Source of the DNA: an uncultured Chthonomonadaceae bacterium
Lineage (GTDB): Bacteria > Armatimonadota > Chthonomonadetes > Chthonomonadales > CAJBBX01
DNA length: 64,000 bases
Assembly: GCA_964429855.1 (NCBI GenBank)
Contig: CAYSDM010000005.1
Location: forward strand, 12,112 to 76,111
Reading direction: 5' to 3'
The notes under the pieces were generated by a model. It had not been told where the DNA came from. It did not search any database and saw only the letters and a list, made by a program, of their open reading frames with translations. The translations under genes and the position numbers were made by a program. Positions 17,669 through 25,184 of the stretch are shown here, one piece after another (position 1 is the stretch's first letter; the number at the start of each line of letters is the position of its first letter).

Positions 17669-19903
17669 TTAAGGAGGAGTAGGAAGGAACAGAAAGTCGC
17701 TGGAGCCTCCGCTCAGGACGCCGGTCTGATCCGACAGCGTCTTCCGTGAGCCGTCTGACATGAAATACTCCACATCATACAGGAAGTTCAGAGCCGCCTT
17801 CTTACGCGCAATCGTCCATTCGAGCGGTTTAGTATCGCGGAAAACAAGCGTTTCGGTGTCCATCACGCCGGTATCGGCTTCTGCGTACTTCAAACGGACG
17901 ATCACCCTCCGTACCTCGCTTCCCAGGCCGATGTCGCTCGGATCCACCTGCACAGTGACCACTCCGCCGGGAGCGTTCCCCACGATCAGGGTTTTCGCAT
18001 CGGTGTCGCGGGTGATCCAGGGATGCTCCACAACTCCGCCATTCGCCAGCAGCCATTTCTCCGAATAGCGGTATCCCCGGATGTTGGCGTCTCGCAGCGG
18101 GAACTTCCACCACTTGGTCGGCGAGGCGTCCTCTTTAGCGAAGCTCTTCGTATCCTTCATGCGATAGTCGTGCCCGTCGTCGTACTCCAGATCGAGGATC
18201 ACCTGACGCACCTCTTTCCAGTCCACAGAAGGAATGATCGCAAGGTTAAACTGCTCATCAAACGGAGTAGGGATTTTCACGTAGCGGGTTGCCGGGGTCG
18301 CTCCGATCCAATCGGTGGTAGATCGCTGGACGACATTGTTCTCATCCTTGATCACATAGGTGATGCGATAGCGGTAGTTCTGTTCCCAGGGAGCATAGAT
18401 CACGCGCCGGTAGTTCGCCTCTGCCGCAGCTTTGTTCAGCAGAACCGTTTCCACGGCCGTTGGAACCTTATTTCGCGAATCGCCGTACTCAATCTCGACC
18501 TCTATCGCGCTCAACTTATCATCGAACGCCTCCGGGGGAGTCGCGAAGTTAATCTCTATGACGCCGGGATTGGGCACATTCAGGGTCAGATGACGCACCA
18601 TCGTGGTATATTTCGCGATAGTCGCTTTCTGAATGGGACCCGACTTATAGTTGACCTCGATCTCAACCTGATAGTTATCTTTGCCGACATCGGCGAGTCT
18701 GGTTTTGAACTCTTTCTTTGTCAGATCATCCTTCGTGAAGAGAACGCTCTTGCGTTCCGTGATTCGCGTGCCATCCGGCTTCGCCTGATCGTAGCTGAGA
18801 TGTCCGATCACGCTGTGAACGATGTCGCCGTACTTCGCAAAGTCCAGATTGGTGTCAATAGATACGTTTAGCGTATTGTAGTACCAGGGAGCGTTCTGCA
18901 GGTCAATATCGGTGATCACCTGATCGGCAGGCGCTCCCAGGAAAGAGGGATTAATCTGCGAACTGGGGTTATAGAAGCGCGTCACCACATCCCGATAGGA
19001 TACGTTCAGATCGAAGTTAGCGGTTATGTCCTGGCTGAGATAGCTCATCCACTGACTGCGCCGATCTTCTTCTGTCTCAATGGTTCCGCCTTTCAGGAAA
19101 TGCTCCTTGATGAAATCGTCCATTGCGCGGAAGGCGAAGGCGCGAAGCGATTCCATATCGTCCTGACTCAGGCTGACACTCCCTTTAAGAATCTCCAGCT
19201 TCACCATGCCCTGCGATTCCATCGTTTCGGCAATGGAGGTGCGGTGCGCTACCTCGTGAGACTCCTCATTACCCCAGGTGTCTTCACTGGAGACCTTCTC
19301 CGCCGTGTAGCCCATCACCACCTCTTTAACCTGCTTCGAATCGATCTTACCTCGAATAGTAACGGCAGGCAGGCGGACATCGAACTTAAGATTGTACTGA
19401 ATGGCGGCAATACTGCCTCCGTGTTTCAAGGCTTCATAGAAGAGCGTCGCAGCATCCGAGTTCAATTCAACTGCAACGGACGCGGTATTATCGCCAAACA
19501 GGGATGGACGACCGAGACTGACCGCTTTTATCATGCGGTTGTCTTTCATCATTATCAGTTCGATATCTCCATCCACAAAGTCCACCGCCGCCAGGCTGAC
19601 CGTAGGTACATTGATGGAGAGGGGCATCTCTGCCCGAAGACGCTGCTGCAATACCGGTTGGATCTGATTCAGTTTGGCCTGGTCTACGATCATGGCGGTG
19701 GTGAATACCAGGTAACCTCCACCCGGCTCCTGTCCGGCGCGATCTATCGGGAACTGATAGCGCAGGAAGGTGAACATAGGCTTTCCATCAGCGGCTTTCT
19801 GAATAACCGGGTTGTTCGGCAGGTAGTAGAAGCGAGCGGGGTCTTCGTCATCGCGAAAGATCGAGATACCTTCAAGGACATCGTACATCGGAATGCTTAA
19901 CAT
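17669..19903 (-). CDS. Hypothetical protein, first paralog family member (core + 4 beta-rich repeats)
   Basis: Start moved to ATG 19903 (RBS AAGGAG; MLSIPMY...FRDDEDPARFYYLPNNP); GGGYL and PSLFGDN motifs. Confidence 0.88.
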   Translation of the reverse strand: MLSIPMYDVLEGISIFRDDEDPARFYYLPNNPVIQKAADGKPMFTFLRYQFPIDRAGQEPGGGYLVFTTAMIVDQAKLNQIQPVLQQRLRAEMPLSINVPTVSLAAVDFVDGDIELIMMKDNRMIKAVSLGRPSLFGDNTASVAVELNSDAATLFYEALKHGGSIAAIQYNLKFDVRLPAVTIRGKIDSKQVKEVVMGYTAEKVSSEDTWGNEESHEVAHRTSIAETMESQGMVKLEILKGSVSLSQDDMESLRAFAFRAMDDFIKEHFLKGGTIETEEDRRSQWMSYLSQDITANFDLNVSYRDVVTRFYNPSSQINPSFLGAPADQVITDIDLQNAPWYYNTLNVSIDTNLDFAKYGDIVHSVIGHLSYDQAKPDGTRITERKSVLFTKDDLTKKEFKTRLADVGKDNYQVEIEVNYKSGPIQKATIAKYTTMVRHLTLNVPNPGVIEINFATPPEAFDDKLSAIEVEIEYGDSRNKVPTAVETVLLNKAAAEANYRRVIYAPWEQNYRYRITYVIKDENNVVQRSTTDWIGATPATRYVKIPTPFDEQFNLAIIPSVDWKEVRQVILDLEYDDGHDYRMKDTKSFAKEDASPTKWWKFPLRDANIRGYRYSEKWLLANGGVVEHPWITRDTDAKTLIVGNAPGGVVTVQVDPSDIGLGSEVRRVIVRLKYAEADTGVMDTETLVFRDTKPLEWTIARKKAALNFLYDVEYFMSDGSRKTLSDQTGVLSGGSSDFLFLPTPP

Positions 19904-19991
19904 GGGTCGCTCCTTGCGCGCTACATCCGGGTAGGTGGGGAGGCAAAATCTGCCGAAAGGGGGCATATCCCGGCAAAAATACCTGACTCAC

Positions 19992-20012
19992 GCATTATAC
20001 AATGCTTTATAC
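19992..20012 (-). promoter_or_regulatory. Putative -10 box (TATAAT) of the paralog operon with an overlapping repeat/operator-like site
   Basis: TATAAT on the minus strand at 19994-19999; direct repeat GCATTATAC/GCTTTATAC and inverted GCATT-N4-AATGC; no good -35. Confidence 0.35.
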
Positions 20013-20193
20013 GATCATAAGCTGTTAAATGGATCACATATTCGGTATGACACATTCAACAGAATCGCTAGAGGAGAAGGCGAGGAAACTGGCGACAGGA
20101 ATGACTGATACCGTAACAGGTATAATTGGATGGAGCAATGGAGATGTGTGTCAGGAAAAAGAAGGTCAGCACACTGGCGGATGAATATACGAA

Positions 20194-20217
20194 AAGCCAT
20201 CTCAATTGAGATGGCTT
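20194..20217 (-). terminator. Intrinsic terminator of tRNA-Pro
   Basis: Perfect 24-bp palindrome AAGCCATCTCAATTGAGATGGCTT about 10 nt past the tRNA 3' end, ending in a T-run on the minus strand. Confidence 0.75.
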
Positions 20218-20226
20218 ACACGTAAA

Positions 20227-20300
20227 TCGGGGTGACAGGACTTGAACCTGCGGCCTCTTGTACCCCATACAAGCACTCTACCAAGCTGAGCTACACCCCG
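20227..20300 (-). tRNA. tRNA-Pro(GGG)
   Basis: CGGGGTG/CACCCCG acceptor stem; anticodon arm CTTGT-ATGGGGT-ACAAG; GGTTCAAGTCC T-loop; CCA not encoded. Confidence 0.95.
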
Positions 20301-20326
20301 AACCATCAGAGGGTATTATACAACGT

Positions 20327-21487
20327 ATGCGCGAAGGTGTCAACGGTAAGACGGCGATTCCGTCGGAGATAGCGGAGGAGGCGCGGGAGGCTTTTCAGAG
20401 CGGGCTTCTGCGATGGTATCGGAAAAACCGGCGAGAGCTTCCCTGGCGAAGGCGCGAAGATGATCCCTACGCGGTCTGGGTTTCCGAGATCATGCTGCAG
20501 CAGACCCAGGTGAAGACGGTCATTCCCTACTTCGAACGCTGGATGGCGCGGTTCCCGACATTAACGGCTCTGGCAGAGGCTCCTCTGGCAGAGGTACTAC
20601 GCTACTGGGCAGGTCTGGGTTACTATGCCCGCGCTCGCAACCTGCACCGGGCAGCGCAGCAGGTTGCTGCATTGTATAACGGAGCGCTCCCCTCCGATCC
20701 TGAGCTTCTGGGGAGACTGCCTGGCATCGGAAGATATACGCTTGGAGCAATTCTCTCTATCGCTTTCCAGCAAAAAGCAGCTATCGTTGACGCCAATGTC
20801 ATGCGCGTGCTGAGTCGGGTCTTTGGAATCGAGGGCGATCCGAAGTCGAACCCGGCGAATGCGCGAATCTGGGAGCTTGCGGAGAGCCTGATCCCTTCCG
20901 GCGAGGCGCGTGACTTCAATCAAGCGCTCATGGAACTAGGCGCGCTGATCTGCTCCCCCTCCGATCCAATCTGTGAAAGCTGTCCTCTTCTGAGCGTCTG
21001 CATTGCCGGAAACAGCCTCGATCCGACCGCTCTACCGCAGATCCCGGAGGGAAAGAGAACCGTCCATGCAACGCATGTCTCGGTAATCGTTCGGCTAGAT
21101 GACCGGGTTCTGATGATCCAGCGTCCGCCGCATGGACTATGGGGCGGATTATGGGAGTTTCCCCGGAGGATTTGCGAATCGGGAGAGACGCCAGAAGAGT
21201 GCGCCTCCAGAGCCGCCAGAGAGGTTGTCGGACTTCAGGTACGCATTGGCGGCCGTGTCGGGAAAGTGAAACATGCGGTCACGCATCATGCGATCACACT
21301 GCTGGGATATGAAGCGTTTTTGATTTCTGAAAGGGTGGACAGGCATTCGTCCATCGTGCAGTGGGTAACGGCGGAGGAGATGGAGACGTTGCCTCTCTCC
21401 TCTCCACAAACACTTCTGTATAAGTCCTTTCTAAATCACCTGCGTCAGGAAACTACAGGAGTAAAGCAGTATCAACTACCTCTTTAA
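20327..21487 (+). CDS. mutY: A/G-specific adenine glycosylase
   Basis: WVSEIMLQQTQV, GLGYYARARNL, HhH LPGIGRYT, Fe-S motif C-x6-C-x2-C-x5-C and a C-terminal NUDIX-like domain. Start moved to 20327 because the longer ORF overlaps the tRNA. Confidence 0.95.
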   Translation: MREGVNGKTAIPSEIAEEAREAFQSGLLRWYRKNRRELPWRRREDDPYAVWVSEIMLQQTQVKTVIPYFERWMARFPTLTALAEAPLAEVLRYWAGLGYYARARNLHRAAQQVAALYNGALPSDPELLGRLPGIGRYTLGAILSIAFQQKAAIVDANVMRVLSRVFGIEGDPKSNPANARIWELAESLIPSGEARDFNQALMELGALICSPSDPICESCPLLSVCIAGNSLDPTALPQIPEGKRTVHATHVSVIVRLDDRVLMIQRPPHGLWGGLWEFPRRICESGETPEECASRAAREVVGLQVRIGGRVGKVKHAVTHHAITLLGYEAFLISERVDRHSSIVQWVTAEEMETLPLSSPQTLLYKSFLNHLRQETTGVKQYQLPL

Positions 21488-21488
21488 T

Positions 21489-21968
21489 ATGCAATACAAG
21501 AATACAGATGTCAAACAGATTCGCGGTTCGCGAGTGATACTCTGGCAGAATGGACTTCTTCTCGTTCAGAGTGATCTTCGTCTCAAAGATACAGAGCGGT
21601 TCTACCGCCTTCCCGGAGGAAGAATGGAGGCAGACGAAACCCCGGCAGAGTGCGCGGAGCGGGAGTTTCAGGAGGAGATGGGAATTCCCGTTCGAATCGG
21701 CGCGCTCTGGTATGTGGGAGAGAACCTCTATCTCCGCAAGGGAAAACCCGTTCAAGAGATCATCTTCTATTTTCACGGGAATGTGGATATGCCACTGCCG
21801 GAGGATAGACCGATCTCTACTTGCGAGGCGAATCTCTCCGCAAACCTCCTCTCTCCGGCGCATCTTCAGCAGGAAAGATGTCTCCCGCCACTCCTCTTCT
21901 CGCATCTGCTGGAAGTTCGCGCTAAAGGACCCTCACAGATAGAGTACATTCGAGAAGGAGGTTTCTGA
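21489..21968 (+). CDS. NUDIX hydrolase
   Basis: Nudix box GGRMEADETPAECAEREFQEEMG. Confidence 0.88.
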   Translation: MQYKNTDVKQIRGSRVILWQNGLLLVQSDLRLKDTERFYRLPGGRMEADETPAECAEREFQEEMGIPVRIGALWYVGENLYLRKGKPVQEIIFYFHGNVDMPLPEDRPISTCEANLSANLLSPAHLQQERCLPPLLFSHLLEVRAKGPSQIEYIREGGF

Positions 21969-22078
21969 AGGCGCACTTTCTCACTGAATCTCGTATGGAA
22001 GAAGTGTGTCATTCGGAAGGAACCTGATCGGTTCGGAGAGAAAAAGACCTCAGAATGACGCTGAAGTAGAGGATATCC

Positions 22079-23518
22079 ATGAAAGACCTGGCGCTTCTTG
22101 CGCTCGATACGGCGCAGCGACATGGCGCAGATTACGCCGATGTCCGCATTCTGCAAAACCTACGTCAGAACATCAGCACGGAAGATCATCGTGTCAGCGG
22201 TATTGTGGATACGGACGATATCGGAATCGGCGTGCGTGTTCTCTGTCAGGGAGCCTGGGGCTTTGCGGGGAGTGGAACGCTTTCCCGGGAAGAGGTGATG
22301 CGGGTCGCAGCGCAGGCGGTCATGATCGCCAGAGCCAGCGCGACCACGCTGCGAAAGCCGGTAAGCCTCGTGCCGGAACCTCCCCGTGTGGAGAGATTCC
22401 AGTCGTCGTGTGAAATAGACCCCTTTCAGGTCAGCATCTCCGATAAGATCGGTCTGCTGCTGCGGATCAATGAGGAGTTACTGAAGAACCCCGGCGTGAA
22501 AAAAGCGAACGGCTTCATGACCCTCCGAAAGGATATTCGGCTGTTTGTGAATACCGAAGGATCGGAGCTGTCCAGTGAAGTGGTTATGAGCGGAGCCGGT
22601 TATCAGGCGACGGCTGTCGGAAACGCGGATGCAAAAAGTCGTTCCTATCAGCCCCCGGTGCTGACGCGAGGGTATGAGAACATCCAGGCGGATGATCTGC
22701 TTGCTAATGCGCCTCGTGTGGCAGAACAGGCGGTGCAGCATCTCTATGCAAAGGAGTGTCCGGTCGGCACGAAAGACCTGATTCTGGACCCGCACAACCT
22801 TTGCCTGACCATACATGAATCGGTAGGACACGCGACCGAACTGGATCGCGCGCTGGGATATGAAGAGTCGCTTGCCGGTCGCTCTTTTGCCACTCCCGAC
22901 AAGCTGCGTAATCTCCAGTACGGCTCGGAGCAGGTGAGTCTGGTTGCGGACAATACGCTTCCAGGCGGACTGGCGACGCACGGTTTTGACGATGACGGAG
23001 TCGCGGCGCAGCGATGGGCAATCGTGGAAAACGGTCTATTCCAGGGTTACAGCACCAGCCGCGAAGTCGCCGGAGAGATTGGACTGGAGCGCAGCGTCGG
23101 CGGCTGTCGCGCCGACCACTGGGGCAGCATCCCCATCGTCCGAATCCCGAATCTCTCCCTGATGCCCGGCGAAAAGCCCCTGACGCTGGAGGAGTTGATC
23201 TCCGACACGGAAGATGGAATCTATATTGAGGGACGCGGCTCCTATTCGATAGACCAGATGCGATGTAATTTCCAGTTTGGAGGGGATGCCTTCTGGGAGA
23301 TAAAAGACGGTCGGATCGTAGGGATGCTCAAGAATGTCACCTACCAGAGCATGACCACTGAGTTCTGGAATAGCTGCGACGCCGTTTGCGATGAGCGGTT
23401 CTGGGTTCCGAATGGCATTCTCAACTGCGGTAAAGGCGACCCCATGCAGATTTCGCAAATGACGCATGGAGCCGCGCCAGCACGCTTCCGAAATATCAGA
23501 GTCGGGGGAGCGCGGTGA
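22079..23518 (+). CDS. tldD: TldD/PmbA family metalloprotease (TldD-type)
   Basis: HESVGHATE (HExxxH) zinc motif, C-terminal CGKG, and the typical N-terminal GVRVL..GAWGFA. Confidence 0.88.
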   Translation: MKDLALLALDTAQRHGADYADVRILQNLRQNISTEDHRVSGIVDTDDIGIGVRVLCQGAWGFAGSGTLSREEVMRVAAQAVMIARASATTLRKPVSLVPEPPRVERFQSSCEIDPFQVSISDKIGLLLRINEELLKNPGVKKANGFMTLRKDIRLFVNTEGSELSSEVVMSGAGYQATAVGNADAKSRSYQPPVLTRGYENIQADDLLANAPRVAEQAVQHLYAKECPVGTKDLILDPHNLCLTIHESVGHATELDRALGYEESLAGRSFATPDKLRNLQYGSEQVSLVADNTLPGGLATHGFDDDGVAAQRWAIVENGLFQGYSTSREVAGEIGLERSVGGCRADHWGSIPIVRIPNLSLMPGEKPLTLEELISDTEDGIYIEGRGSYSIDQMRCNFQFGGDAFWEIKDGRIVGMLKNVTYQSMTTEFWNSCDAVCDERFWVPNGILNCGKGDPMQISQMTHGAAPARFRNIRVGGAR

Positions 23519-23907
23519 TACAGTCCATTTCGGAACTCGCGTTGTGGGTGCGCGATCTGGAGAAAGCCGTTGCATTCTATCGCGACGAACTGGGGTTCGT
23601 TGTGGAATCGATAGACCCCGGCAAGAATGCATTTCTGAAGAGCGGTGGGGATTTTCTACTGGTATTGTTCGTACCGGACGATCCCGGCACAATGCTGGCA
23701 AGAGAGTATCTTGCGCGCACTGGCGGTCCTCGCGGAGAGGTCTATCATGTCGCGTTTCGCCTCCCGACGGAGGAGATAGATGCCTTCAGCGAGAGGCTGA
23801 AGCAGCGCGGGCTGGAGGTTCAGGGGCCGATTGCCTTCGCAACCGGACGACGATCCTACTTCCTCGAAGACCCGGACAGACACTATATCGAGTTAACGGA
23901 TCGCTGA
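23515..23907 (+). CDS. VOC/glyoxalase family protein
   Basis: LWVRDLEKAVAFY..LG, YHVAF and YFLEDPDRHYIEL; 4-bp overlap with tldD. Confidence 0.88.
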   Translation: MIQSISELALWVRDLEKAVAFYRDELGFVVESIDPGKNAFLKSGGDFLLVLFVPDDPGTMLAREYLARTGGPRGEVYHVAFRLPTEEIDAFSERLKQRGLEVQGPIAFATGRRSYFLEDPDRHYIELTDR

Positions 23908-23985
23908 TACGCGGAAGATATGTCGGGGTGAACAGCAGCTTTTATGCCGACATGCCAAAAACCAATCGAAACAGGAGATCATTCG

Positions 23986-24189
23986 ATGTCTGAGGTTGTG
24001 ATAAAGGTACGCAAAAACGGACCCTATCAGGTGACCGGTCCGATCACGCTGGTAGATCATGACGGCAACCCGCTGGCGGTGGAGGCGGGGGACAGCGTCT
24101 TCCTCTGCCGGTGTGGAAACTCCGGCGAAAAGCCCATCTGTGATGGAACGCATAAAAAGTGCGGTTGGGTGGATAATCCCGCAAGTTAA
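23986..24189 (+). CDS. CDGSH iron-sulfur (2Fe-2S) domain protein
   Basis: NGPY...LCRCGNSGEKPICDGTH; RBS AGGAG before ATG 23986. Confidence 0.9.
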   Translation: MSEVVIKVRKNGPYQVTGPITLVDHDGNPLAVEAGDSVFLCRCGNSGEKPICDGTHKKCGWVDNPAS

Positions 24190-24208
24190 GATAAGCTCCG
24201 AAAAGGAA

Positions 24209-24237
24209 CGATGCCCGGTCCCTGATACCGGGCATCG
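24209..24237. terminator. Stem-loop between convergent genes
   Basis: CGATGCCCGGT / ACCGGGCATCG 11-bp perfect stem with a 7-nt loop. Confidence 0.6.
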
Positions 24238-24266
24238 CTGTCTGGAGGGATACGACATCGGGATAA

Positions 24267-25142
24267 TCAATAGAAGAGTCTACGCCAGTCCTCTGATGGT
24301 ACGATTTTGAAGGTGAAAATCTCGCCCTGCTCCTCTGTCCAGGCTTTCTTCTCCTCTTCACTGAGCATCGCAAGCGCTCTCGCCTCAAAATCCTTCCGCA
24401 GGTTCTCCAGTTTTCTACGTGCCGGAGAGAGAGGGCGCGAAAGATCAGCGGAAGCAGCCTGTGAACGGATCTCCCCCTGAAGTCTACGATACTCTCTGAC
24501 CAGTTCACCGATCTTCTGACGAGTCTCTATCGACAGTTTCAGCTTCTCCGCCACGGAAGGACGCTGAAGGGAGACCATTCCACGCCACTGATGGGATAAC
24601 TGCATCAATCGCTCAAGCTGTTCTGGTCGAAGCACTTTCTTCGCCTCTTCATCCAGCGCAGATGTATGAACTGCATTCAGGAATTTCGGAGCTTCTGTAG
24701 TCTGCGGGGGATTCGTTCCTGATGGCGGGGGAGGCGCAGCCGTCGCAACGTATACACTCACTGCCTGCCCTTCAAAATATGGGGCGCCAGAGGGAGTTGC
24801 CTGCCCGTAAGAGCCAGTCTGTCGGTTAAGGGAAGTTTGTTTCTTGTCCAGACCCAGCGCTCTCTTCTGCTTCAGTGTCAGGTTTAGTTCTCTCTGAACT
24901 TCCGGTCTATGCAGCAGATGAATCAGGTGGTCCGGCTCAGAAATCATAAGTACAAACTCTCCGCCGTTATGCTTTCCGTCCAGAATGATAAACTGTTGCG
25001 TCTGTCCATCCGAGATACTGACTCGCGCCTCCTGACCTGGATTAGCCCGAATACGCACCTGAGCTTCCATTCTGAACACTGACAGCATCGGAAGCGCAAG
25101 CAGCGCGCCTGTCAGGATGCAGTTTCTTAGCTTGAACGCCAT
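24267..25142 (-). CDS. Exported helical protein with Spy/CpxP-like (LTxxQ-type) repeats
   Basis: Signal peptide; repeated motifs ELNLTLKQK, VLRPEQLERL, KLKLSIETRQKI and MLSEEEKKAW. Confidence 0.6.
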   Translation of the reverse strand: MAFKLRNCILTGALLALPMLSVFRMEAQVRIRANPGQEARVSISDGQTQQFIILDGKHNGGEFVLMISEPDHLIHLLHRPEVQRELNLTLKQKRALGLDKKQTSLNRQTGSYGQATPSGAPYFEGQAVSVYVATAAPPPPSGTNPPQTTEAPKFLNAVHTSALDEEAKKVLRPEQLERLMQLSHQWRGMVSLQRPSVAEKLKLSIETRQKIGELVREYRRLQGEIRSQAASADLSRPLSPARRKLENLRKDFEARALAMLSEEEKKAWTEEQGEIFTFKIVPSEDWRRLFY

Positions 25143-25184
25143 GCAGAACCCTCCTGTTTATATGGCAGTCTGTTATGAGAAAGA

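Noticed and set aside
1199-19903. Identification of the array as T6SS, eCIS/Afp, Tc toxin or prophage
   Set aside because: I recognise no sheath, tube, baseplate, VgrG/PAAR, AAA ATPase, Rhs core, terminase or capsid motifs, so it is kept as an unknown system.
20255-20270. A32-U38 pair in the tRNA-Pro anticodon loop as an anomaly
   Set aside because: The ATGGGGT loop is the normal form for bacterial tRNA-Pro(GGG).
20258-20326. ORF-track N-terminal extension of mutY
   Set aside because: It overlaps tRNA-Pro on the opposite strand; ATG 20327 gives a normal-length MutY.
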